DNA of 64,000 nucleotides, taken from assembly GCF_009914755.1 (NCBI RefSeq), contig NC_060931.1, one strand, 5' to 3'. This document shows, one piece after another, positions 1 to 13,132 of this stretch (its first letter is position 1; each line of letters starts with the position of its first letter). The stretch comes from the human T2T-CHM13v2.0 reference genome, Homo sapiens. The notes beneath the pieces are model-generated. The model did not search any database. It saw only the letters and a program-made list of their open reading frames with translations, and was not told where the DNA came from. The translations under genes and the position numbers were made by a program.

Positions 1-921
1 TCTGAATTTAGTACATGCTTGACATGGTAGACTTTCAGCAAGACTGAATACCTAGTAGGGGCTAGTCTTAGCTAGTTCCTTGCTGTCTCAACAGACTTTG
101 CAAGAACAATCATTTTTAATTTCTCACTATCCTTATGATGAGTTTTAGGCAAAGAACATAAAATCAGCATGCACACACCTGGATGAAAAGTAAAATCAAT
201 TAAACACAAGATAATTTTGTCTATATGATGCCATGCAGGCCTGTGAATTTTTATATCCCACATCTATTGACCAACTTTTGCATTTTTATTAAAAGAGTAG
301 AAACAAATATTGACAGACACATAATACAGAACTAGGCAATATTTGTATAATGCTTCTTTTATTTTGTACTGTAATTCTATAAGCATTTTACAAACCAACA
401 TTGTGAGCCTCAGTGTGATTAAGCAACTTGCCCCTCAGTGAAGAGATAGGAAGTGAACAGTGTGTTTTAAAGCAATTCTGTCTGGGATTGGAGCAAGTTC
501 TCCTTCCACCTAAGGCCACAGGAGGGCCATGTTGATATAGACACAAATACAGTTCAGCTTGTGTCCTTGCCATTTCCATTTTTATTCAGACTGGTAAGAT
601 CTGAGAAGTGCTCTTTTGTATTATTTTAATTACTTGTTGGAAGATGCACATCTAAATCTCTTTTGAATAAACATAGCTGCATACACAACCAAGTCACCTT
701 CCCAAGTCTTAAGAAAATATGTACAGTTCTGTGTTTAACACTATTGCTTGTGAGTGTACTATTCTTAGCAAGAGTCCTGTTGATAGGAAGTATGCTTGAT
801 TTTTAAATAGCAATGAATCCAGCTGCCTAATAGTTTAGAATTTTAATAAGAATTGAAAAACCTGGGCATTTCTTGAGCACCAGGCATTTTCACATATACT
901 CACTGAGTTCCTATGCCCTGG

Positions 922-3238
922 TGTATTAATCCATTTTCATACTGCTATGAAGAAATACCCGAGACTGGGTAATTTATAAAGAAAAAAAGAGGTTTAGTGG
1001 ACTCACAGTTTCACATGGCTGGGGAGGCCTCACAACCATGGTGGAAGGTAGAAGAGGAGCAAAGTCACATCTTACATGATGGCAGGGAAGAGAGCATGTG
1101 GAGGGGAACTGCCCTTTATAAAACCATCATATCTCATGAGACTTACTCTCTATTGCAAGAACAGCACAGGAAAAACCTGCCCCCATGATTCAATTACCTC
1201 CCACTGAGCCCCACCCACGTGTGTGAATTATGGGAGCTACAATTCAAGGTGAGATTTGGGTGGGGTCACAGCCAAACCATATCATTCCAGCCCAGCTCCT
1301 CCCACATCTCATGTCTTCACATTTTAAACCAATTATGTCTTTCCAACAGTCCCCCAAAGTCTTAACTGATTTCAGCACTAACTCAAAAGTCCACAGTCCA
1401 AGGTCTCATCTGAGACAAGGCAAGTTCTTCTGCCTATGAGCCTGTAGAAAACAAAAGCAAGTTAGTTAGTTCCTAGATACAATGGGGGTACAGGCATTGG
1501 GTAAATACAGCCATTCCAAATGAGAGAAATTGGGCAAAACAAAGGGACTACAGGCTCCATGCAAGTCTGAAATCCAGGAGGGCAGTCAAATCTTAAAGCT
1601 CCAAAATGATCTCGTCTGACTCCATGTCTCACATCTAGGTCATGCTGATGCAAGAGGTGGGTTCCCATGGTCTTGAGCAGCTCTGCCCCTGTGGCTTTGC
1701 AGGGTGCAGCCCCTCGGCCTGGCTGATTTCACAGGCTGGTGTTGAGTGTCTGAGGCTTTTCCAGGCACACAGTGTAAGCTGTTGGTGGATCTACCATTCT
1801 GGGGTCTGGAGGACAGAGGCCCTTTTCTCACAGCTCCACTAGGCAGTACCCCAGTGGGGACTCTGTGTGGGGAATCCCACCCCACATATCCCTTCCACAC
1901 TTCCCTAGAGGTTTCTCCATGAGGGCTCTGCCTGCTCTGCCTAGACACATAGACACTTCTACACATTCTCTGAAATCTAGTGGGAGGTTCCCAAATCTCA
2001 ATTCTTGACTTCTGTGCATACACAGGCCCAATACCACGTGTAAGCTGCCAAGGCATGGGACTGACACACTCTGAAGCAATGGCCCAAGCTGTACATTGGC
2101 CCCTTTTAGCCACCACTGGGATGCAGGGCACCAAGTCCTGAGACTGCACAAAGCAGCAAGGTCCTGGGCCAAACCACAAAACCATTTTTTCCTCCTAGGC
2201 CTCATGGCTTGTGATGGGAAGGCCTGCTGTGAAGATCTCTGAAATTTCATGGAGACATTTTCCCCTTATCTTGGAGATTAACATTTGACTCCTTGTTACT
2301 TATGCAAATTTCTGCAGCTGTCTTAACTTTCTCTGCAGAAAATGGGTTTTTTTTTCTATCGCATCGTCAGGCTGCAAATTTTCCAAACTTTTATGCTTTG
2401 CTTTCCTTTTAAACATAAGTTCCAATTCCAAACCATATATTTGTGAATGAATAAAACCGAATGCTTTTAAAAGCACCCAGTCACCTCTTGAATGCTTTGC
2501 TGCTTAGAAATTTCTTCCACCAGATATCCTAAATCATCTCTCATGTTCAAAGTTCCACAGATCTCTAGTGCAGGGGAAAATGCTGCCAGGCTCTTTGCTA
2601 AGACATAGCAAGAATGACCTTTGCTCCCATTCCCAATAAGTTCCTCATCTCCATCTCAGACCACTTTGGCCTGGACTTCACTGTCCATATCATTATCGGC
2701 ATTTTGGTCAAAACCATTCAACTCATCTCTAGGAAGCTCCAAGCTCTCCCATATCTTCCTGTCTTCTTCTGAGCTCTCCAAACTGTTCCAATCTCTGCCT
2801 GTTATTCAGTTGCAAAGTGACTTCCACAGTTTCGGGTATTTTAATAGCAGTACCCCACTCTACCAATACCAATTTGTTGTATTAGTCCATTTTCATACTG
2901 CTATGAAGAAATACCTGAGACTGGGTAATTTATAAAGAAAAAAAGAGGTTTAATGGACTCAGTTTCACATGGCTTGGGAGGCCTCACAATCATGGCAGAA
3001 GGTAAAGAAGGAGCAAAGGCACATCTTACATGGTGGCAGGCAAGAGAGCATGTGTAGGGGCACTGCCCTTTATAAAATGATCAGATCTCATGAGACTTAC
3101 TTACTACCACAAGAACAGCATGGGAAAAACCTGCCCCCATGATTCAATTACCTCCTTTTGGTCCCTCCCATGACGTGGGGATTATGGGAGCTACAATTCA
3201 AGATGAGGTTTGGGTGGGGACACAGCCAAGTCATATCA
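922..3238 (-). mobile_element. Full-length THE1B-type ERVL-MaLR element (LTR 922-1284, internal 1285-2877, LTR 2878-3238)
   Basis: Two ~360-bp direct repeats run from tgtatta(a/g)tcc to catatca, the reverse complement of the THE1 LTR. They flank a ~1.6-kb THE1 internal region. Perfect 5-bp TSD CCTGG at 917-921 and 3239-3243. Confidence 0.95.
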
Positions 3239-3439
3239 CCTGGTGTTATTTACACCAGCCTATTTTAATGATGCAGAAACTGAGGCTTATTGGGATGAGA
3301 TAATTTGCCCAGTGACAGTTAGAATGAGGTCCATCAGAGCTAAGAATTTAGTCTTTTAAATTTAAAGCTCATACTGTAGTATGCTCCTTGTCTTTCTCTT
3401 GCGGATAGAGTGAGTTTTGAGGTTTATCTCTTTAAACAC

Positions 3440-3582
3440 TTTAATTATATTTAACAGCTTTGGTGACATATAATTCACATACCATACAATTCATCCACTA
3501 TGTACAATTCAGTGGTTTTCTGTATATCCACAGATATGTACAACAATCACACTGTCAATTTTAGAAGATTTTCATCACTTTA
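3440..3582 (-). mobile_element. L1MB-type 3' end fragment, interrupted by the THE1D LTR
   Basis: ataattcacataccatacaattca...aattttagaagattttcatcac resembles the reverse complement of an L1MB 3' UTR. Confidence 0.7.
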
Positions 3583-3954
3583 TGATATGGGTTGGGTGTG
3601 TCCCCACCCAAATCTCATCTTGAACCATAGTTCCAATAATCCCCATGTGTCGTGGGAGGGACCTGGTGGGCAGTAATTGAATCATGGATGCAGTTACCTC
3701 CATGATGTTCTTGTGATAGTGAGTTCTTACAAGATCTGATGGTATTATAAGGGGCTTTCCCCCCTACCTTTGCTCTGCACTTCTCCTTGCTGCAGCAATG
3801 AAGAAGGACATTTTTGTTTCCCCTTCTGCCATGATTATAAATTTCCTGAGGCCCTCTAGCCCTGCAGAACTGTGAATCAATTAAACCTCTTTCCTTTATA
3901 AATTACTCAGTCTTGGGGGTGCCTTTATTAGCAGTGTGAGAATGGACTAATACA
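3583..3954 (+). mobile_element. THE1D-like solo LTR
   Basis: Runs from tgatatgggttgg...ccccacccaaatctcatcttgaa to ggactaataca. Internal text (gaagaaggac, aggggctttcccc) resembles THE1C/D. Confidence 0.9.
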
Positions 3955-6844
3955 TTTTTTAAAAACTTCAGTTTTTACAAGTGAGAAAATTCAGTGCAAA
4001 GGATTTGCTCAATGTTATACATGGGAAAATCTTTGTTTTCTATTATGTTCTAATTTTATAATGAATGACTAAATAAAAAAGAGCTAAAAAATCACAGCAT
4101 GGATTGCTTGCTGGGCTACAGCCATTGATATTCATGTTCTGCTCTGGAAGGAAGCTTAGGATATGGTGGCATCAGACTTGGGCTAAGCTGGAGGCTGGTG
4201 CTCTGTTTTCGTGTAGGTCTCACCAGTTAGCTCTGGGGCATCTTCTCTCTGCACCTTGGTTGCTTCATTTGTAAAAGGATTTTGTAATACTCTGACCCCA
4301 CCAGTGCCTCTGCCATCCCAGCACCTGTTCAGTTATGATGTGCTCATGATTACCTATTCAGTGTTGCTAAGTTCCAGCTTCTTTACATTCATAGTTTCCA
4401 GACCCCTGGCATCTGTGAGATGGTCACTGCTATTACTGAATTATAAATCAAAAGTCCCCATTCAGTGACATAACACTGACTTTCCCAAGTCTTCACAAAC
4501 AGAAAGTGATGGAGACCGAGTTTGAACAATCCCAGGATTGTGTCTACATTACATTAAAATAAATAGATTCTAGGTATCCAGATAAGAAAGAAAGAATCAT
4601 TCAAATTTGGTGAGGCAACAGGGTAGGTATTCGTAAACTATTTACTTGGTTTTTTGAGTCCCACTAGTAGGAACATAATACATTTTTTTAAACATTGGGA
4701 AAACAAGAGTACCTATGCTGTTTCACAGGCTTGCACCTGAGTTAATTGTGAATACACAGAATGACTGTAATGTCCAAAAGGCTTTTTGTGTGTGATTGAA
4801 ACATGTTGAACACTTAAGCTAGATGAAAGGGTTATTTGGCATTTACCTTTTATCTCTTTTAGCTCTCTTGTATGAAGCTTCTTATTTGATTGATGTTTGG
4901 CTGTCTGCCATGTGGCTGTGGATCTTGATAACATCACAACCATTTGGGTAGACTCTGTGTTCTTGGTTCTAATTAACTGAAACACACCAGCCTTGACTTC
5001 AAGTTCCATTACCCCTTGCACTTTGGTGTGCAGGTTTGCCCCTGCCTAGTGGGAACTAATCAACCAGCCAGCATATGTGCTGGGCAGACGGGCTGAGACA
5101 GGCACGGGTTGTCTTCTCTTATGGATTGCCCCAGTTAGACCTCATTCTGGCTGCCTTTGCCCCTCGGAACTGGGGCAGGGGTGATAATTAGAACTGTGCA
5201 TCACAATACGTGTCACATCCTAGTGTCATGGCTCTGCTTGGCATAGGTGGGAGCAGCGAGGCCTTTCTTTCAAAACTCTACCACCTCTCAGATCACATAT
5301 ATTTCAGCCTTTGCACTCCTCCCTACCTCTCCCCAGCAAAGGCTTCACTCCTCTGACCAACACAATTTAAATTCTGATCTGTCACTTATGAGCTAAGCTA
5401 ATTTTGGTGAGCTACTTAACTTTCCTGTACCTTATTTTCCTCATCTTGGAAAAGGAGGATTGCCATGTAGGATGAAAGAAATATAAAATCCATAATGACA
5501 TTTCAAAAACACTGCCTATAACTTAGTGGGTAGTTCACAAATATGTTTTCTAATTCACGTCCTTCCTTTCTTTTCCTTGTTCTAATATGTCCTAAAATCC
5601 TACTGTCATGAACTGCTCTCTAATTTTGCTGTCAGATTTTGCCACTACTTAAAAATCTGGCTAATGACCATGATTGCAGTTAGTTTTCCTCTTTATCTCA
5701 CAAAGTCTTGGGTATCAAGAGTTGCTGAATATGTCCTGTGCCGAACATTTATGTCCTCCTGTGCAGACAGAAGTGTCCAGGCTATGATGGTCATCAGCTA
5801 TCTATATTCAGGTGTTACCAGAAGGGAAGGATGACCATCACTGAGAACAAGCTTTTACCTCAATCTAAGGGGAAATTGGGGAACATTTTCTGCTCCAGGA
5901 GTGCCTGTGGGAGAATAGGAGCTTCAAGAGCTACACCTGCTGAGGGGGTACACTATAACCTATGGGTGTGTCCAGCAATGCACATTCTGGTAACTGTAGA
6001 GTCTGTTCCCACCCTTGCCAAGAGCTCATGCAGGAGGGGTCCACAGACAGGAGCTGTGAGAAGATCCTTGGAAGTGCTGCTGAACCCAGCTGCTGGGTCT
6101 GCGAGGTAGTGTGGGGCTGGACACTGTCCTGTGACAGTAGCCACTGAGATATGCCACCAGGAGTTGCTGTGTGACCTTTAAGGATAGGCACCAGCAGTTT
6201 GGCATCCTGAGGGGAAAACGGACTGTGCTACATTTTTGATAATGTTCTCGCTGAACAGAGAGAGAACAACATTTTTTAAGCGAGATATATTATGGAATTG
6301 GTAGCCCAGAAGCTTCTGGCAGGTGCTTGAATCAGTTATCAAGAAATAGACACCTGGTCCTTCAAACTGCTGGTACATTAAACACTATTTCCATGCCTTC
6401 TATGAGTAAATAAATTATAAATAAATGTACATATATATGTATATATTATGTATGTAAAATAAAATATACTATCCAGATAAAAAAGAAAATCTTATTCCAA
6501 CCAATATTTTTTGGAAAGATCTGTCTGTTAGGGAAGATAATACACATTTTATTTATTTATTTATTTATTTTAGTGTGAGATCGTGGTCTATAAAGAATGC
6601 AAGCTGGGGAGGGGGAGAATAAATGGAGCAAAGGAGGAGAAAAGAAAAAGATATATTTAAGAAAGAGTCTGAACTTTTCTAAGAAAATGAGCCCTTGTTT
6701 GTAGCAAAAAAACCAGAGAGTGGCTGTGGGCTCCAAACAGATTTTAGGAAAACAAGGCATGGGACCCCTGATTTTTTTTTTTTCTTACATCTATTTGTTG
6801 TGATTTAGAAAAATGAATACTGAGAAAATTCTATGCTTAGAAAA

Positions 6845-7260
6845 GGTAATACCCAATGCTGGCAATTATACAATGAAATGGACATTCATACAGTGCCAGT
6901 GGCAGTATAAACTGGCACTGGGATAGACGTTTTGGAAAGCAATTTGGCAGCATAGGTCAAAAGCCACTAAGTGCACACTGTAACTCAGGAACTATATTTG
7001 GATTTTTTTTTGTCCTAAAGAAATTATCCAAAAACATGACAAAGCTGGCATTTCTGTGTGCACAGAAATGATATTGAAAGATATTTTTCATAATTTTTAA
7101 GAGAAATAAATTGAATATTCATCTATACTGGAGTAATTAAGTAAATGCCATGTCTACTCATTGGGATTTTAAGCAGCAACTTAAAAGAATATATAGAAGT
7201 GTTGAAAATTTTTATGATTTTATGTTAAATGAATAACTAAATTACATACTAGAAAATAAA
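6845..7260 (+). mobile_element. Old L1 (L1ME-type) 3' fragment
   Basis: Degenerate ORF2-end/3' UTR motifs such as ttttggaaagcaatttggca. Confidence 0.55.
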
Positions 7261-7499
7261 CAAATTTATGCCTATTATAAAAATCGAATTTTAAATTAAT
7301 CCCCAAATTTTAAATTCATTCCATGTGATACATTTCCCAAAGTCTTTAAGGCAGTGCTTCTGAAAACTGTATTAGCTGCAGAGTAGCTTGTGTTCATGTT
7401 TTTAGTTGATGGAAACCTAATTCTTGGTAAGCTAATATACCTCCCAATCTTGGACTGGTTATGGGAGATAGAAAACGTAAGAGTACTTGTGTTTTGAAA

Positions 7500-8060
7500 T
7501 TTACCAAATGACCCAGCAAGTCTAGTCTTAAGTATCTTCCAAAGCAGGAGAAAACAACACCACATGTCCACACAAAAATTTGCATGTGAATGTTTATAGC
7601 AAGATTATTCATAGTAACCCAAAAGTAGAAATAACTCAAATGTTCATCAACTGGTGAATGGATAAACAAAATATGGCATATCCATCCATACAATGGAATG
7701 TTATTCAGCAGTTAAAAGGAATGGAGTATGATGCATGCTGCAATGCAGGTGAACCTCAAAAATATGCCAAGTGCAGACAACCAGAGGCAAAAGTCCAGTC
7801 CTGTATGATGCACTTTACATGAAATGCACCTGTAGGACAAAAATATAGGGATGTAGAGTAGATTAATGTTTGCCTTAGTTGGATATGAAGAAAAAATTAA
7901 ACTCCAAAGAGGCAAAGGGATTTTATTAGAATTTTGAGAATGTTCTAAAACCGGATAGTGATGGAGGTTGCGCTATATGGTAAATTGACAAAAATCATGA
8001 AATTGCACACTTAAAATAAGTATTTTATGGTATTCAAATTACACCTCAATAAAATTGTTG
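7500..8060 (+). mobile_element. L1MB/L1ME-type 3' end
   Basis: atgtccacacaaaaatttgcatgtgaatgtttatagca...tggataaacaaaatatggcata...aattacacctcaataaa. Confidence 0.85.
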
Positions 8061-8962
8061 CATAAATCTGCTTTACTTATCTGATACGGTCAACATTAAA
8101 ATTAGAATACATTTTGAGATTTTCCTGGAGCATTGAGGAACCTGGTTTAGAATATTGTGTGCTGGAATAAGTGCTTTTTGCAGAAATGTGAAGGTTCTTT
8201 GGTTTTCTGTCTCCCACTGCTCATTTGACTGATTTTTCACAAGTATCCTTGTAAAACTCTGCTTCCTAGGCCATGGTAAAGCTCAGGCAGCTGAAACATG
8301 GAGGGATGAGGTGGCTGGTCATTCTGAGGATACCCTGCAGAGCTATGATGCAATTTCAGCTGCACCAAATATGCTCTATTTTAAGTTACAAAGCACTTCA
8401 AATTACAGAAAAGCATCCAAAATGATACAATAGATTTGTTAAAACTCACTACTCAGATCTAGGAAATGTTAACATTTTTTCAATCTTTGTGTTATATTTT
8501 TGAGAAATAAAAATATGCAATTTTGCAAAGGCACCCTCCCACCACATTTTTCTACCTCCTCCCACTGCACAGGTGATCACATGCTGGAAGTTGGTGTTCA
8601 CTTTTTCTGAGTATGTTTTTATAATGTATCTCATGTGTACTTCTTTATAACTTGGCATTCACTGTTATAACTTGGCATTTTCACTGCTGGAGTGACAGAT
8701 TCCCCAACTGCAGGAAGCTCCATCCATAAGCATGTGTCAGGCCTCCACCAGTCACAGTCTCCGGGCTTTCTAGTCAGGGCTGCAGGCTGGCTGCAGCTCA
8801 AGTATCATTTCTTCCCACAGCAAATGGAAAATCTAAAAAGTAAGTGAACTTGCTTCTCACAAGCATCTCACTTTTCATCATGAGGAAAAACATTAGAAGT
8901 CTCCAAAAGATTTAACAAACCTAATCCTTTGCCAGGTTTGGGTTACCTTTTCACACTCAGCC

Positions 8963-9553
8963 TAGGTTGGACATAAAGATGGCCCTGAGATTCTTACTAC
9001 TGGTGGACATACCCTGTACAATTGCTTGCCTTGAGTGTGGATGCAACCTGGGCAGATGATGTATCACTCCTCTGCATAGACTATAAATCAGTCACTGTTG
9101 AGTTACTCGAAAGGGAGACCATACTGGGTGGGCCTTCCCTAATCAGAGGAGCTTTTAAATTAAGATGAAGCATCAGAGAGATGAGCTTTTAAAGCCAACA
9201 GTCATGTCCTGAACTGCCTATTGGAGCCTTGAGGCAGAGAACAGTGGTGGCCCCTGGGAGCTGAGAGAAGTCTCTATCTAACAACTAATGAGAAAATGAG
9301 GACCACAGTCCTATAAGCACAAGGAAATGAATTCTTCCAACAACCAGGGAGCTTGGAAGAGAACCCTGGGTATCAGGTGAAACCCTGGCCCTGGTCAACA
9401 CTTGAATACCAGCCTGGCGAGATCCTGAGCAGAGGACCTAGCTAAGCTATGCACAGACTCCTAATCTGCAGAAGCTGTAAGATAATAAAGGTCTGTTGTT
9501 TTAAGCTGATAAGTCCACGGCAATTTGTCATGCAGCAGTAGAATACAAATACA
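8963..9553 (+). mobile_element. MLT1 (MLT1E-like) solo LTR
   Basis: aagatggccctgagattc...gatcctgagcagaggacctagctaagc...gttgttttaagc...gcagcagtagaatacaaataca, a typical MLT1 3' end. Confidence 0.8.
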
Positions 9554-10045
9554 TCCCTAAATGAATCATTGGGAATGGTAATTACATCAATCTTCATTTA
9601 TCACCTGAGGATTTCAGAGGGGTCTGTCTTCCTTGGATTTATTTCTATCATGTAATTTTACACATTCTGCTTTTTTATGCTTCTCCTCTGCTTTTCATTC
9701 CTGCTTTTAATTATACTGATTAAATTTTCTCTATTCACCCAAACACACTTTTTTCTTCTACTGGTATTTATTCTCATTCTTGTAAATGAAACACAATAAA
9801 TAATTTTAATATAATAAAATTTAAATTGAAGCAGTATGACTATAATTTTTATTTTCTTCTCATCTTTCATGACACTATTGTGTAGCATTTTAATTCTAAT
9901 TTGTTTTCAATCAATACTATCTAAATAGTAACTATAATAATTATTGTCCTTATAATAAAAAAATTAGATTTATTTACATGTTTACCAGTAATTTATTTGC
10001 TCACCATGGCTGCTTGTATCACCCTCCTTGTTCTTGGTATAGGTT

Positions 10046-10363
10046 CTTTCTTTTGTTTTTGTTTGTTTGTTTGTTTTGGTAGAGACAGGGGCTTGCTCTG
10101 TTGTCCAGGGTAGAGTACAGTGGTGCAATCCTAGCTCACTGCAACCTTGAACTCCTGGGCTCAAGCCATACTCCCACCTCAATCTCCTGAGTAGCTGGAA
10201 CTACAGGTGTGTGCCACCACAACCAACTAATTTGTAAATTTTTTGTATAGATGGGTTCTTGCTATGTTGCCCAAGCTGGTCTTGAACTCCTGGGCTCAGG
10301 TAATCCTCCTGTCTTGGCCTCCTAAAATGTTGGGATTACAGGCCTGAGCCACCATGCCAGGCT
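10046..10363 (-). mobile_element. AluJ
   Basis: Reverse-complement Alu dimer with J-type gaactcctgggctcaag in both arms and a (GTTT)n-decayed tail. Confidence 0.93.
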
Positions 10364-10726
10364 GCCTTACCTATTAAATGACAGTTTCAGTAGATCTAAT
10401 GAGAATTTAGTCATGTGGGTGTGGATGACTCTGGTGTTGTGTTGGAATGGGAATGGAATCAGCAAAAAGAACTATAAAGCCATGCTTTTCTGAAGTCATT
10501 CTGTGCCTGATTCCCATGCCATGGATTACACTATTTTTGAGTAATATCTCTTTCAATTCTACCAATCTGGATATCCCAGGACTCAAAGAGAATACCAATA
10601 CACGCTATAAATGCATCTCAGTGCATTGTACCAATGCAATTTTATTAATAGTACCTGTGTTTAATTTTTATGTATGTTTAAAGACTGACTGCAATTTTTA
10701 ATAAAGAGAAAGTTATATGCAAGGGG

Positions 10727-10779
10727 AATGTATTCCTGGTGTGGCTTCATCTTAGTTTTACGTTAAAACAAGATGAGCA
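10727..10779 (+). repeat. 53-bp dispersed duplicate, copy 1 (partner 13080-13132)
   Basis: aatgtattcctggtgtggcttcatcttagttttacgttaaaacaagatgagca is 51/53 identical to 13080-13132. Confidence 0.95.
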
Positions 10780-11359
10780 AAAAAAAAGTAGTATACCAAA
10801 ATGCTTAGGGTATTTGTAGTAATATAATATAATCTGATTTCTTTTCTTATAATCAACCATTCTCCAAAAAAATTTAAATTCCAGCTACGGTATGTTCATA
10901 ATGCAAAAATTGGTACTAACAAACTAAGATGCAAAGCATTATGTATAGTGAAGAGACCAGGGTCAGAGATTATGGCCCTTACTGCTGGCTGCAGTGCAGA
11001 TATTTCCAGCAGCTTTCTCCTTGCGTTCGGAATGCTGTGGGGATTTTATTTGCTTGAGCTCCACAAATATGATTCCAGTATGATTATAAAGTAATCAAAA
11101 TTCAGTAAACAACTCATAGTAGGCATTGTGTACAATCATAAAATGTCAGGGCTCAGGAAAACAGTGCCAGGTGCTGACTTTTAAAAGGATCACTGTCACT
11201 TTTTAATAAAAACATTTGTTTAGCATCGCAAACATGCAAGACATTGAATATACTTGCTTTGGATTGCTGGAATTAAAATGAGGATTGTCTTAGCTCTCAT
11301 CTTGACACCTGCAATTCTCACCTGCTCACAAAGTGAGAGAATTGTCAGTGTTGCTGCTG

Positions 11360-11570
11360 AGTCCATCCCTACACAAAATAATGACAAAACTCGCCAGTCT
11401 CCCTTGCAGCTAAGTGTGACCATTTGACTACGTTCAGTTCTACATAATTGGACTTGAAGAAATGTGTGCAGCTTCTGGGGCATGTGCTTAAATGATGGAG
11501 CTGCTCCCTTTCTTCCTCCCTTCCTCCATCCTAGAACTTGACCATGGATGTGATGGCGAGTCATCTCACG
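11360..11570 (+). mobile_element. Old MLT1 (MLT1J-like) LTR fragment
   Basis: ccagtctcccttgcagctaagtgtgaccatttgact...gcttctggggcatgtgcttaaa. Confidence 0.6.
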
Positions 11571-11579
11571 CAGAGGAAC

Positions 11580-11792
11580 AAGGGGCCAGCAAGCTTTTCC
11601 TGCAAAGTACCAGAATGTTAGTACTCTGGGCTTTGTGGGCTGAACAGTCTCTGTTACAACCGCTCAACATTTTTTGCTGTAGTAGAAAAGTGTCCATGAA
11701 CAAGACTTCAACAAATGAGCATGGCTGGGTTATAATAAAACTCTGTCTGCAAAGACAGGCTTTGGGCTTCATTATGTCCACAGCCTTAGTTT
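11580..11792 (+). mobile_element. MER58A (hAT-Charlie MITE)
   Basis: aggggccagcaagcttttcctgcaaag...ctttgtgggc...catggctgggttataataaaact...tagtttgc. Confidence 0.75.
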
Positions 11793-13079
11793 GCATATCT
11801 CCACTCTAAGGAGGATGCAACAAATATATTGGTGATAATTTGGTCTTTGGAGGACAGCAGGGTCTTCCCATTGAAGTCCACAAAATATAAAAGGACATAA
11901 AATTCAATGCAGGAGGCTGGTATATAGTGATCATTGCATCTGAGAGGCCAAGTTGGGGGAATCTAGAGAGCAGCAGAAGCAGGAAACCACCTGGCCTGGA
12001 TTGAAGGATATAGTGGCAGGCACGACCACCAGGGACCAAGGCCGGGTTTCCCCACTGAAAGCCACAGCCACAGCTCTAGAGCTTCCCCTTTGGAATTCTG
12101 ACCTGAGATGAGAAATAGCCCGTCAACTTGCTTAAGCTGCTGCTTGCATCTTTATGACATGAAATTCACTAACATCATAATGCCAGGGACTTGTGCCTTT
12201 AGTGCACGAGTGGGGAACTGTGTATACAAAGGCAGTCTGGTTTGGAAGCTCACGTATCTGATCCCCTGGCCCAGGATTTCAGTCAAGGTTGGAACTCCCA
12301 TTGCCTTTTAGAAATAGGAAGAGTAATTCCAAGTTTAGGTGCAAGTTGCGGAAATAAAGTTCTCCTCAATGTCCCAGTTCCTTTTTCCTTTGTTTAAACT
12401 TGAAGCTGGGATATTGCAGAAGGCATATTATGGTGGAGCATGTGGCACCTCTGCTTTTCTCTCTTTTGAATTGGGCCACTCATGTAGACGACGTGGGAGA
12501 CTGGGTGGGCCGTGGGCTGGTGCTAAGACTTGAGGTAGCCCTTGGCAGTTCAGTGAACACCACAATGTCACCTCTACATGGTGATTTCTGATAAAATGAC
12601 ATGGGTTGTCTGATCCCTGCCTTCAGTGTGCTTGAAACGGAAACAAGTTGAATGGTGCCGTTGAGGAAGTAACTGCCTTATCTTTCCATGACCTGCAATT
12701 GCCATGCTCCTGAGATGGCGCTCCCTGTACTTTTACAGCTCTTTCCCTCCACACTGCACTTGCCATTCTTTGATGCTCTTTTATCCTTCATTGCAACCAT
12801 GCATTGAATTACCTCAAAATTTTTTTGAAATGGTAGAAGTACAGATGCATACAGAGACAGAGAGAGATGGAGAGAGGTGGGAGAGAGAGAGGGGAATTGT
12901 GCCTGTATAAGTCTTACACAACAGTCATTTTATATTTAGACTATACCATAGTCATTTTAGAATATATATGCGAAGAAATGATTACAATGCAAAGATAGAT
13001 AAAACAGAAAAAGAGAGAGAGGGCGAGAAACAATAAAAGCTTAATGTTTTTCTTGGTTATGCAGTACTAGAGGAACTGA

Positions 13080-13132
13080 AATGTATTCCCGGTGTGGCTT
13101 CATCTTAGTTTTACGTTAAAACAAGATAAGCA
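13080..13132 (+). repeat. 53-bp dispersed duplicate, copy 2 (partner 10727-10779)
   Basis: aatgtattcccggtgtggcttcatcttagttttacgttaaaacaagataagca. Confidence 0.95.

Noticed and set aside
1640-2250. 181-aa and 140-aa ORFs
   Set aside because: They lie inside the THE1 internal region and are decayed MaLR sequence, not host genes.
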